A stretch of 64,000 nt of DNA from Candidatus Zixiibacteriota bacterium (GTDB lineage Bacteria; Zixibacteria; MSB-5A5; GN15; JAAZOE01). The DNA is taken from contig JBDREQ010000003.1 of assembly GCA_043819555.1 (NCBI GenBank), forward strand, positions 96,001 through 160,000, written 5' to 3'. The notes beneath the pieces are model-generated. The model worked only from the letters and a program-made list of their open reading frames with translations. It was not told where the DNA came from and ran no database searches. Of this stretch, positions 19,166 through 28,855 are shown piece after piece (the stretch's first letter is position 1; each line of letters starts with the position of its first letter). The translations under genes and the position numbers were made by a program.

Positions 19166-21421
19166 TTACATGCCTTTATATGGATTTGGCCCGACCTCTT
19201 CTATTGTCTCCAAAAAGTCATTGAAGATTTTTGGAATCTTATGATAATCGGAAAGGGCCAGCTCATGAATCTCCACGCGATCTTCTTCCAGTACCAGTTG
19301 CTGAAGTTTCTCGCGGACATTACTCATACGAGTATTGGCAAGTTCACTACCGCGGATAAAATGACATTGATAATCATCACCGCGCCGACATCCGATCAAT
19401 ATGACTCCGTCGAATCCCACCGACAGGGCGTCACCGACCCAGATTGAGTTCATAGATCCGAGACACCGCAGAGGAATGATGCGCACCATGGAGTTATACT
19501 GCAAACGTTTCAGCCCCGCCAAATCAATTGACGGCATGGCATCGTTTTCGCACACAAAGGCCAGAATTCGCGGTTTTTCCTCGAATTCATCGGGAATATA
19601 CACTGACTTAATCATCGATGATATCATATGCACAGAGTAATTCTTAAATGAAATTATCCGTTCCGGACAGGCGCCCAGACAAATCCCGCATCGACGACAA
19701 CGGAACGGATTTGGCTGAGGAGTTCCCTTATCGTCCTCGTCCAGCGTACCGAAAGGACATTCTTCTGTACACCGCTTGCACTGGGTACACTTCTGGAAAT
19801 TGAAATCCGGGTATGTTATATCACCCGAACGCGGATGAATCGCACGGCCCTCAGAAATGGCGTTGACCGCCTGAATCGATTTCATTGCCGCCCCATAAGC
19901 GTCATTGGCCGACGATCCGAAATCCATTGGCGCCCGAACCCCTCCGGCGGCAAAGATAGCCGTCCTTCTCGTTTCATACGGGAAACAAATGAAATGCGAA
20001 TCAGGGAAACCATACTTCAACGTCGGCAAATCGGTACCCTGGCGATATGTCAGGTTAATGATCTTCGCGCCTTCTTCTGCTCCCGCGGCTTCTTTCTTGC
20101 CGTCATCGGTCGTTTTGTCCTCAGCGGGTTTTTTCTCGCCCTCTAAACCTTTTTCAGATTCACCTTCAATAGCCGGCGCAACATCGTCAACCTTAGTTGT
20201 CGGAACCATGCCGGTCGCGAGAACCAGCATATCAGCCTTAACGCGAATATTTTCACCCAGCAGAGTCTCTTCGACATCAATCCGTATCTGACCATTTTCC
20301 GCGACCACCTGGGCCACTTCGCCCTTGGTCAAAAATATCCCATCGTCGTTTTGAGCATGAGCGTAAAACATCTCAAACTGGGCTGGCGACCGAACATCTT
20401 TATATATCACGTACACCTTGGCATCGGGATACATCTCGCGCACATACATCGCCTGCTTCAATGACACTCGACAGCAAACCGCCGAACAATAGGGGAGATG
20501 ATCCTGGTCGCGCGACCCGGCGCATTGAATAAAAGCAACGCTCTCGACCGCTTTTCCATCCGACGGTCTTTTGATCGCGCCCTGCGAAACCATCTCTTCC
20601 ATCTGGATATTAGTCACAATATCCGGTGATGAGCCATATCCCAGATGAGTCAGCTTTTTAGCTTCGTACGGCTTCCAGCCGGTGGCCAGAATAATCGAAC
20701 CGGCCTTCAACTGCGCCCCGCCGTTGCCGTTATTCAAGCTGACATCAAACATTCCCGGTTGTCCTGCCGTTTTGGCGACAGTCGTTCCGAGATAAATATC
20801 GATTTTATCATGCGCCTCGACATCTCTGATAAGCTGTTTATATCCGGAATCCTCAAGGCTTTGATATGGCGGATTTTTCGGAAAAACTTTTTTGAATTTC
20901 GTTGCCCATCCGCCCAATTTATCCTCTTTCTCGACCAGCGTCACCTTATGTCCGGCGTCAGCCGCCGCGCGAGCCGCAGTCAAGCCGGTAATGCCTCCGC
21001 CAATTACAAGGATGTCTTTGGAAGTGTCGTCGGTGAATGGTTCCGGAACTTCCGCGACCTTCATTGCCGCCACGCCCATCCGAACCTGATCTTCGCCCAA
21101 CATTTGCGTATCTTCATCATTTGGCTTTTGGCACCAGGCCACCTGCTCGCGCAAATTAGCCCGATGCGTCAATTTATCCCGCCCAAATTCAAACAATTCC
21201 GGGAATACCCGCGGAGAACATGCGCCAACAACGATGCGATTCAATTCTTCTTTCTTGATATCATCGCGGATAAACTGGACGCCTTCCGGACTGCACAGGC
21301 AATCATGGCCTTTGCATACCGCTGCGCCCTTCTCGGTTCCGGCCGCGAGAATTTTCTCTACATCGAGGGATTTGCCGATGTCACAACCCTTACAAACAAA
21401 AACTCCGATCTTTGCTTCCAT
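19166..21421 (-). CDS. qmoB: QmoB (HdrA-MvhD fusion)
   Basis: ACSPR, NLREQ, GGGITG, QCAGSRD..HLPYCSAVCC, CTQCKRCTEECPFG, C-terminal MvhD domain (CENDA, RCLGS, DDYQCHF), GPNPYKG. Confidence 0.92.
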   Translation of the reverse strand: MEAKIGVFVCKGCDIGKSLDVEKILAAGTEKGAAVCKGHDCLCSPEGVQFIRDDIKKEELNRIVVGACSPRVFPELFEFGRDKLTHRANLREQVAWCQKPNDEDTQMLGEDQVRMGVAAMKVAEVPEPFTDDTSKDILVIGGGITGLTAARAAADAGHKVTLVEKEDKLGGWATKFKKVFPKNPPYQSLEDSGYKQLIRDVEAHDKIDIYLGTTVAKTAGQPGMFDVSLNNGNGGAQLKAGSIILATGWKPYEAKKLTHLGYGSSPDIVTNIQMEEMVSQGAIKRPSDGKAVESVAFIQCAGSRDQDHLPYCSAVCCRVSLKQAMYVREMYPDAKVYVIYKDVRSPAQFEMFYAHAQNDDGIFLTKGEVAQVVAENGQIRIDVEETLLGENIRVKADMLVLATGMVPTTKVDDVAPAIEGESEKGLEGEKKPAEDKTTDDGKKEAAGAEEGAKIINLTYRQGTDLPTLKYGFPDSHFICFPYETRRTAIFAAGGVRAPMDFGSSANDAYGAAMKSIQAVNAISEGRAIHPRSGDITYPDFNFQKCTQCKRCTEECPFGTLDEDDKGTPQPNPFRCRRCGICLGACPERIISFKNYSVHMISSMIKSVYIPDEFEEKPRILAFVCENDAMPSIDLAGLKRLQYNSMVRIIPLRCLGSMNSIWVGDALSVGFDGVILIGCRRGDDYQCHFIRGSELANTRMSNVREKLQQLVLEEDRVEIHELALSDYHKIPKIFNDFLETIEEVGPNPYKGM

Positions 21422-21424
21422 GGC

Positions 21425-22702
21425 TTACCTCCTTACCCCGCAAGTTAAAGCTTTCAGGGCCGCTCCGGTCGCGTCCATAGTTGTTGCCGAAACATCATAA
21501 GGACGGCTGGCGACTCCGGCACCGAAAATGCCGTTGTCATTATCCGGGGCGATAAATCCAAAATCATCGAGCCTGGTATCAAGAGGAGGCGGATTATCAA
21601 CCGCGTTGGGAACCATGCCGGTCGCCAAAATCGCCATCTCAACTTCCGTACGAGTAATCTCCCCCGTAAGAGTATTTTCCGCTTCCAGAATAACGTTTCC
21701 ATTTTCAGGGTTTTCCGTGACCTTGGCGACTTTGCCGCGATGGAAGTGCATTTTTTCATCTTCCTGCATCTTAACATAAAAATCCTCGAGCCGGCCCGGT
21801 GAGCGAACATCAATATAAAATAGGTGAATATCAGCCTCAGGATATTGCTCACGCACATAAGTTGCGTGCTTCATTGAAGCCATACAACAAATCGCCGAAC
21901 AGTAAGGGAGATGGTTCTCATCGCGCGATCCGGCGCATTGCACAAACCCGATCGTCTTGATTTCGCCGCCATCCGACGGACGGGTGATTTTTCCCTCGGT
22001 TGGGCCGTCCGGTGCCGCCAAACGCTCCATCATGACGTTGGTCAAAACGTTTTTGACTTGGCCAAAACCGAGATTGTCGATCTTAGTCGCATCGTACGGT
22101 CTCCATCCGGTTGCCCAGACAATCCCTCCTACTTCGACCGTTACCATTTGCTCTTTCATATCCAGATCAATCGCGCCGTATTCGCAAGCATCGACAACCT
22201 TTTTCATCCGTTCATCAGAAGCGAATTGCGGGTCAATAACAAAGCGCGGGGGGTAGGCCAGCATATGCGGCATGTAGATTGCCTTTGATTTTTTCATACC
22301 CTGGTTGAACTCATCGTCGCGTTCAATTTCACAAACCTTTTCGCATTCACCGCAGGAGGTGCATTTTTCGTTTACAAAACGAGGATTGAGCTTGATCGTA
22401 ACCGTCAATTTGCCAGGCTGACCGCTGATGTCTTCAATATCGGCCAACGTCAATACCCGAATATTGTTGCTGGCGCGAATTCGTTTGAGGTTTATTTCGA
22501 TTCCGCAGGTGGGGGGACACAGCTTGGGAAAATACTGGTTCATTGCCGCCACTCGTCCTCCGAGCGTCGGTGATTTTTCCACAAGTATGACCTGCTTACC
22601 CGCTTCGGCTGTTTCGATGGCGCTGGTCAATCCGGCGATACCGCCGCCGACAACCATGACATCAGCCGCGAGCTGATTTTCGACAGGCTTAATCTCTGCC
22701 AT
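21425..22702 (-). CDS. qmoA: QmoA (HdrA-like flavoprotein)
   Basis: GGGIAG, LGGRVAAMNQYFPKLCPPTCG, QCAGSRDENHLPYCSAICC; 425 aa, directly upstream of qmoB. Confidence 0.9.
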   Translation of the reverse strand: MAEIKPVENQLAADVMVVGGGIAGLTSAIETAEAGKQVILVEKSPTLGGRVAAMNQYFPKLCPPTCGIEINLKRIRASNNIRVLTLADIEDISGQPGKLTVTIKLNPRFVNEKCTSCGECEKVCEIERDDEFNQGMKKSKAIYMPHMLAYPPRFVIDPQFASDERMKKVVDACEYGAIDLDMKEQMVTVEVGGIVWATGWRPYDATKIDNLGFGQVKNVLTNVMMERLAAPDGPTEGKITRPSDGGEIKTIGFVQCAGSRDENHLPYCSAICCMASMKHATYVREQYPEADIHLFYIDVRSPGRLEDFYVKMQEDEKMHFHRGKVAKVTENPENGNVILEAENTLTGEITRTEVEMAILATGMVPNAVDNPPPLDTRLDDFGFIAPDNDNGIFGAGVASRPYDVSATTMDATGAALKALTCGVRR

Positions 22703-22771
22703 AAGCTACTCCTTGGTCTTGGCCCAAGATGTTGGGTCGCTGTATGTTACAGACGTTATGTTTATCTGAGA

Positions 22772-22789
22772 TTGTGAAATATTTAACAA
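22772..22789. promoter_or_regulatory. Rex-type operator upstream of qmoA
   Basis: TTGTGAAATATTTAACAA, one mismatch from TTGTGAAnnnnTTCACAA, about 70 bp upstream of the start. Confidence 0.7.
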
Positions 22790-22914
22790 ACATATGCAAA
22801 AAAAATCGGTCTAATTGCGTTAAACCTTTATATCCTATTCCAGAACCCGAATAAAAACAGTTTTTCCCAGTTTGTCAAGCGATTTGAAAGAGAGGGATAA
22901 ATTGTAAATTAAAA

Positions 22915-23141
22915 GTAGAGCGGGATCCCAGTGATCCCGCCAAATAACTGAAACCAGGCCCCGCCTGTCTAGAGAGGGGTGCCTGCAGGGGAGGGGTGTG
23001 TTTAGTTTTGTAGCGACAATCCTTGGATTGTCGTCTGTCATCGCGAGGAGCGAAGCGACGCGGCAATCTTATTTAAGCATTGTAGGTCGAAACCCTTGCG
23101 GTTTCGACAAACCGTAGAGAACGAGCCCAACGGGCTCGTTC
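22915..23141. repeat. Cluster of REP-like palindromes (four GTAG-headed hairpins plus a GTCATCGCGAGGAGCGAAGCGACGCGGCAATCT element)
   Basis: GTAG+hairpin at 22915, 23010, 23082, 23114; element at 23036-23069 recurs at 44385. Confidence 0.75.
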
Positions 23142-23155
23142 CAATTATCTTCTGC

Positions 23156-24364
23156 TTATTCATTTTCCCATTTTAGTATTGGTAAATCTGGGAAAGATTC
23201 TTGCACCCATTCAATATCTCGAGGGACTACTGAAACTTCAACTTTATCTTTTTCAACTCTCCCGGAAATTTTGTCATATGGACTATAGATCATTAAACAA
23301 TTACTATGATCAACCTTTTGATTGTTATTTGGAGCCAATAATTCTAATAAATTTGGGCCCGGCTGCTCTTTTTCGATCTTGCTAACTATTCCTCGTAAAG
23401 ATTCACCCTTTTGTAAGACATGAACAGTTTTTTCATTTGAATGTTCAGTAATCTTATCAGATGTATCCTGAATTATTTGTACATTATCTACCATAGCCGT
23501 TATCATTTCTTCATAAACATAAATAAATTCAATCGCACCCGGAATCCACTCCCAATTTTGTGTTCGCAATATGGTTTGGAGAGATATTTGCAAACAAAAT
23601 TCTACAGCATCTAATCTCCAATTTGCTGGATGTCCATAAGGTTTTCTTTTCCATTCTAATTTGATTTTGTCGGAATCGTAGGGTTTGTAAATTGATGGAA
23701 GGAATTCTTGGAGGGTGAGAAATTCATGAGGTTTTATTCCAAATGCAGAAACTTTTAGTGCTTGTGTTACATCAGTACTGCCGACAGGTAAATCCCTCAA
23801 ACCTTTGTTATTCTTAAAAGAATAAAATAGTGCAATTCCTATATATTCTAATGCCTTTTTATAATTTTCATTTTCGAATTCTTGTATTGCCGAATTGAAA
23901 TAACCTTTTATATCATTATCTCGTATCATATCCACTTCATCAATATCGTTCAATGATTTACCCAGTGAAATTGTACATATTTCATTAATTCTTGTTATTG
24001 TCTTAATTCCCACATCAAGCCACTAGGATGAATCTGGAAAGCTTCCTGTATGCTTGATCCCCACACGTACACTATTTAATTGTGTAAAATAACTTATATG
24101 CGATTCCATATTTGGAATTTGGTTTTTTAATGCTTCAAAATAACTCAAAAAAGTTTTCTTTTGGGGTAATTTGTCTTCATGGTGGGCAACTCCGGCAATC
24201 GCAAGTTCGGTGGCGTCATGAGCAGTCAGAATATTATGAGCAACTATGTACTTGTCAGGATTTTCAATTTCAATTGATTCAATAGTTCCTAATAGTGATT
24301 TTGCCATAAGGAGCCTATCGATTACTTCCTGCGATATGTTTTTTCTATTCATATAATACTCCAC
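23156..24364 (-). pseudogene. AT-rich HEPN-like gene interrupted by one in-frame TAG (ORFs 24023-24364 and 23156-24013 are one frame)
   Basis: ...GSFPDSS-TAG-WLDVGIKT... continues in frame; RxxxxH motif (RVGIKH) just before the stop. Confidence 0.65.
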
Positions 24365-24476
24365 AATAATGTAATCTGATATCCAATATAGGGTTCAAAG
24401 TGATTTTAATAAATATAATAATCAATATTTTTGCCGGGTGCCACAGCTTCCGTTGGCTTAGTTCAGCTTTGTAGCT

Positions 24477-24507
24477 TTGTAGGTCGAAACCCTTGTGGTT
24501 TCGACAA
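24477..24507. repeat. GTAG-REP, direct repeat of 23080-23110
   Basis: TTGTAGGTCGAAACCCTTG(C/T)GGTTTCGACAA, 30 of 31 identical. Confidence 0.85.
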
Positions 24508-24774
24508 TAATTCATTCACCATATTTCCCATCACCTATTTTATCATGGTTGACTCCCCAATCCCGGCTATATATTCCTTTCTCAAAATAACTCAACAAAG
24601 ACGATTGCTCATACAAAAACGGATCACTAACCATACCATGTTGACCGGGTTATAATGGATATAATCTATATGGACATTTAAATCTTTTTGATTTCTAATT
24701 ATATGATCCCAAAAACGATACTGCCAAACCCGGCCGCTATCATCGTTATTCCGGACTCTATAATTTGCTGGGCT

Positions 24775-24820
24775 GGTGGCCCATCTTAAAAAATAGGCGA
24801 AGCGTTTTTTTTAAGATGGG
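24775..24820. repeat. Long hairpin (REP-like and/or terminator of the 24870 gene)
   Basis: CCCATCTTAAAAAA...TTTTTTAAGATGGG; the head GGTGGCCCATC recurs near 46129 (TGTGGCCCATC). Confidence 0.5.
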
Positions 24821-24869
24821 TTCCCGCTTTGAAACGATTGACTATAACTCCAAAATTTTTATAAAGCCA

Positions 24870-25466
24870 TCAAAATGCTATCAATGTGACCATCAGGTTG
24901 ATATGGGCGTGGTCAAATTCGACTTCGGTGTTAGTGGAATCGTCAACTGATTTGGTTTTGCCGAATGAAAAATAAGCGCCGGCCTGAAAATGGGGGGCAA
25001 ACTCGTAACCTGCCCCAAACAGCATCCCAAAGCCGGGATCGTTGGACCCGGATACCGTGATATTGTCCTTTTTGAACTCCAATTCAAAATTATAGCCGCC
25101 AACTCCTACCGTGGTGAAAAAAGAAGAGCCTTTGGCGCCATAATAATGATACCAGGCCACACCTCCGAACCCCTGTGTAGCGGTGACATTTTTAAGATCG
25201 GTTTCATAACCGGCAACATTGCCCTCGAGAACCAGCATATTGTATTCATCCCATGCGTAGCCAAGAAGAAGGTTGACTCCCAGGCCAGCCTTAGTTTCTT
25301 CGAAAGCCAGATTCAAATCCGGAATGAGTTCGGTTTTCCATTTGCTCGCCGGGGAGAATCCCAATCCTCCGCCGAGGACAAAACCTTTGCGGTCTCCATC
25401 AAAACCAACCGCGGTGGAACACAAAATTAGTGTGACGAGTAGCAGAAGATAAAAGTTTTTTTTCAT
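24870..25466 (-). CDS. Outer-membrane beta-barrel protein
   Basis: Signal peptide MKKNFYLLLL, alternating Gly/aromatic strands, C-terminal Phe; GGAGG RBS. Confidence 0.75.
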   Translation of the reverse strand: MKKNFYLLLLVTLILCSTAVGFDGDRKGFVLGGGLGFSPASKWKTELIPDLNLAFEETKAGLGVNLLLGYAWDEYNMLVLEGNVAGYETDLKNVTATQGFGGVAWYHYYGAKGSSFFTTVGVGGYNFELEFKKDNITVSGSNDPGFGMLFGAGYEFAPHFQAGAYFSFGKTKSVDDSTNTEVEFDHAHINLMVTLIAF

Positions 25467-25707
25467 AATTCCTCCCTGGATTTTATAAATTGTTATATTC
25501 AGTTTAGGCTTCAATCCCGCTATAGTCAAGTTTATGTTTTATATCAGATAATTTTCATCCCCAGGTGCCCCCACAGCTTGCTGTGGATTAGGTCATTTTT
25601 CCTCTCAACCCACCCTTAATTCCGAAATCCTCCACTTGATTGAAAGAAATTAAAATCTCAATCATTGGAAGTATTATGACTAAAACTCAGATCATCCAGC
25701 GGCAGCC

Positions 25708-25795
25708 AAAAACAGGCCCCCGCCTGTGTCATTCTCGAGAGCGGAGCCCCTAATGGGCGCAGCCCCTTGGGGCGATGCGAATCGGGAATCCAGAC
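25708..25795. repeat. REP-like element (GTCATTC...GGGAATCCAG class)
   Basis: TGTCATTCTCGAGAGCGGAGCCCC...CGAATCGGGAATCCAG; the leading CAGGCCCC(C)GCCTGT is also at about 22955. Confidence 0.5.
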
Positions 25796-26295
25796 AGCGA
25801 TGTTATTTTCCTAAATACCCGCTTTCGCGATTAGGACAAAAGGAATGCCACCATGCTAATAAAAACCACCGATTTTATGTCGCTGAACCTAAAAATGACA
25901 GAACAAAGCCAATTTGCGGTAACCAATAGTGAAACATTAAATTACAAGGATTTTTGAAATCAATATGTGGATAACTTATGAGAAAATAATCAAAATCAAT
26001 AGCAAATTTGCAGATCACCGTTCCGAGCGCAAACGAGAAGCCCGACATTGAGCTTTCGTGTTGTCTTAAATGAATCCCGGAAACAATCTCTCCAGGCGGA
26101 ATCCCAATCAAAAAATGGGTATGTTTTTTTGAAATGAACCCTGCTTAATTTTCTTTGCAAAGACGGTAAAGACATTTTCTTATTTCCCCTAAATCCTTGC
26201 AATTGGTACTATTGATTTATATTTTCAGAGCATGCAATAAAATTGACCGGGATATTAAAAATTGAATAGACCGTTTTTATTGTGAGGAGTCATCT

Positions 26296-27408
26296 TTGGA
26301 AATACGTCTGATTGCCGAAGGCGAAGAAAAGCTTTGCAATGATTTTCATAATCGAATCTATAAAAATAACCGTTCTTTGCATCAATGGAAATGGGAATTT
26401 GTTCTCAATAATTATAACCAATCGATTCCGTTTGCGGTTGCCGTGGACAAAGATAGAGTCGTTGGAACCCAGTCTTTTATTCCGATTCGTATGATTGACA
26501 AAGATGGAGTTTACTGGACTGCCAAATCCGAAGAGACTCTGGTTGATCCCGATTACCGCGGCCAAAAGCTATTTGAAAAAATGTATTCCTTATTATTTGA
26601 TTACGCCAAAGAACATGAGTTCGCGTTCATATGGGGTTTTACTCCTGCAATCAAAGCGTTCAAACGGATGGATTTTTCTATTCCCGGCAACGTGGAACAA
26701 ATTTTTATCCCTTTTATGAATAAATCTATCTCAGCGATGATGGATAAAGAATATCACAATTTACCCCAAAGTATGAAGAATAAAATTAAAATTGCAGTAT
26801 CCCGGACGGCCGGTATTCCGGCGCAGCTATTCAGTTCCATTAAGATTGCCTTGAATAAAAATCAAAACATTAATAGTTTAGATATTAAAACGTGGGATAG
26901 CCCGGATGTTCAATCTGGAGAAGTCTGCGAGCGGTTCATAGAAAAATGGGGTGGCACTACTATTTATCGCGACTCCAAGTATCTTCATTGGAGGTTATTT
27001 GATAATCCTTATGTGAAAAGCGTAGTAAAAGCCATTTATAATAAAGATAAATTGCTTGGCTGGGTAGCATATACTATGGCCGACGATGGTATGGGTTATC
27101 TGGTGGACCTAATGGTCGCCGACGATGATGCTGAGTTTTCACTCATAGACCAAATCAGGGCTTTATTGCTCGAAGCCATTATTGGCACCCGAAATATGGG
27201 AGCTACCGGAATACGCGGATGGCACGTCAATAATCATCCGTTTGATAACCTCACTTGCAAAATCGCGAAAAGTGTCGGGTTTTATCATTTCAAACGCGGA
27301 CATGCCGTAGTAATATATAATTGCGAGGCCGGAAAAAAGCGAGTTTCATTCGATAAATTCGACGACTGGTTTATCAGCAGGATTTACACCGAAGGAGTAA
27401 TCGGGTAG
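26296..27408 (+). CDS. GNAT family N-acetyltransferase
   Basis: TLVDPDYRGQKLF acetyl-CoA motif, WGFTP, RDSKYLHWRLFDNP. Confidence 0.8.
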   Translation: MEIRLIAEGEEKLCNDFHNRIYKNNRSLHQWKWEFVLNNYNQSIPFAVAVDKDRVVGTQSFIPIRMIDKDGVYWTAKSEETLVDPDYRGQKLFEKMYSLLFDYAKEHEFAFIWGFTPAIKAFKRMDFSIPGNVEQIFIPFMNKSISAMMDKEYHNLPQSMKNKIKIAVSRTAGIPAQLFSSIKIALNKNQNINSLDIKTWDSPDVQSGEVCERFIEKWGGTTIYRDSKYLHWRLFDNPYVKSVVKAIYNKDKLLGWVAYTMADDGMGYLVDLMVADDDAEFSLIDQIRALLLEAIIGTRNMGATGIRGWHVNNHPFDNLTCKIAKSVGFYHFKRGHAVVIYNCEAGKKRVSFDKFDDWFISRIYTEGVIG

Positions 27409-28814
27409 TGATCTTGCCGGAAGTCGCCTATATTCAAAATCAAATATCCAACCATATTTCACTATTTTTCAATCTAAAAGGAAAAAACTTGTTTGAAAGT
27501 GGCTATATCCGCTTTCTCCCTTATGAAAAAGCAATAACTACCCAGGACAAAGTAATCGCAATTCCATATGACATTGAGGTCCCCCAGCATCAGGAAAAAC
27601 CATATACTGTAAAATTCAACAACACAAAACTTACTCTTTGGAATGGAATCAGTAATCCTTCTGAGAATACTTGGGAAGCGATTCCCGGTGACTCAGCTCC
27701 ATTGTGGTATCGAAATCAGCATGGTACTCTGATTCCGGCGTGGAATTTGTACGGCAATTTATTTCATCTTCTGACGTTTGCCGAAGAAAAAGGCTCAACT
27801 TCAACAGATTCACACGGAAGATTTGCGGCCGCGTTCAGCCCGAGATTAAATTATAACCTGCTGGAAGTACCGGCATTTAATGAAGCAGTTGCCGCCATTG
27901 TAGCTGCGTACGCCGGACTATGCGAGAATGGTTATCCTTTTCTCAATTTGAATAACATTTTAAAACCCCCGGTTATCGTTTTATCACACGATTGCGATAT
28001 ACTGAGAGGTAATGATATCTGGACTCAGACTGTGCGAGGGGTTCGAATATTTCTGCCATTAATCAGGTTTAGGCTGCCTGCGATTAACAATATATGGTGG
28101 ATTATTAGAAACGCCTTTACGCCTCGCAGATACTATTTCGATAATGCAGCCGGCATGGTCGATCTGGAAAGATGCTTTGGATTCAGTTCGACTTTTTATC
28201 TTATTAATGGTAAGGGTGGAAGATTTGGCGCTCGAAGCGGGTTTAGGATTATCCCGGAATTATTAAATCACATCCCTCCGGGATGTGATACCGGGATGCA
28301 TTACAATTATGATACTTTTCTAAACGATAAGAAATTCCGGGCTCAACTCGAACAACTCACCAGTATTGAAGATTTAAAAATAGTAAACGGCAGAGCACAC
28401 TATCTTAAATTCGATCCTGAAAAATCATTTACTTTTATAGCCAAATATGGAATTTATTTGGACGAATCTTCCGGCTATGCCGATCGAACCGGATATCGTA
28501 ACGGTATTGCCGGGTGCTTTCAAGTTTACGATACGATTCAAAAAAGGCCCTTGGATATCTGGGAATTACCCATGACAATTATGGATTCTATGTTTGTCGG
28601 GCAATATTGCAGTCAATCAATCAACAAATTCAATCAGCTATTATATCATCTGAGCTGTGTTGGAGGAGCCTTAAGTATTAATTTTCATCCGGGTCAATTT
28701 TTCAATCCAGAATATAAACAGTTGATTGGCATATATCACAAAATGCTAATTGAAAGCCGGATATTAGGGGCAGTATCTATGACCGCTCGTTCACTTATGG
28801 ACCAAATTCGTTAA
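27408..28814 (+). CDS. Polysaccharide deacetylase-family protein
   Basis: DSHGRF, LSHDCD, STFY, GMHY, RAHYLKF, GYRNG, ELPMTIMD, FHP. Confidence 0.7.
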   Translation: MILPEVAYIQNQISNHISLFFNLKGKNLFESGYIRFLPYEKAITTQDKVIAIPYDIEVPQHQEKPYTVKFNNTKLTLWNGISNPSENTWEAIPGDSAPLWYRNQHGTLIPAWNLYGNLFHLLTFAEEKGSTSTDSHGRFAAAFSPRLNYNLLEVPAFNEAVAAIVAAYAGLCENGYPFLNLNNILKPPVIVLSHDCDILRGNDIWTQTVRGVRIFLPLIRFRLPAINNIWWIIRNAFTPRRYYFDNAAGMVDLERCFGFSSTFYLINGKGGRFGARSGFRIIPELLNHIPPGCDTGMHYNYDTFLNDKKFRAQLEQLTSIEDLKIVNGRAHYLKFDPEKSFTFIAKYGIYLDESSGYADRTGYRNGIAGCFQVYDTIQKRPLDIWELPMTIMDSMFVGQYCSQSINKFNQLLYHLSCVGGALSINFHPGQFFNPEYKQLIGIYHKMLIESRILGAVSMTARSLMDQIR

Positions 28815-28855
28815 CGAAGAATGACAGGTGCCATTCATGCTTACCGCAGAAATCG

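Noticed and set aside
20060..20190. Charged low-complexity insert in QmoB
   Set aside because: Probably a variable surface loop; there is no repeat structure and no intein motifs.
20645..21448. Long antisense ORFs (also 13115-13792, 28881-29465, 30101-30673)
   Set aside because: They are shadows of well-supported genes on the opposite strand and have no motifs.
19166..22702. Selenocysteine in the HdrA-like proteins
   Set aside because: Both ORFs are uninterrupted, with no in-frame TGA.
22915..23141. Possible CRISPR array or integron attC sites
   Set aside because: Units differ in sequence, spacing is irregular, there are no cas or intI genes, and no RYYYAAC/GTTRRRY ends were seen.
24023..24025. 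Pyrrolysine recoding of the TAG
   Set aside because: No pyl genes in the window, the protein is not a methylamine methyltransferase, and TAG is used as a normal stop elsewhere; a nonsense mutation is simpler.
25800..26290. Riboswitch/ncRNA or sigma54 promoter in the long intergenic region
   Set aside because: No recognisable aptamer consensus by eye; the best -24/-12 candidate (TGGCATTCCTTTTGT, minus strand) lacks the conserved GC. An Rfam scan would be needed.
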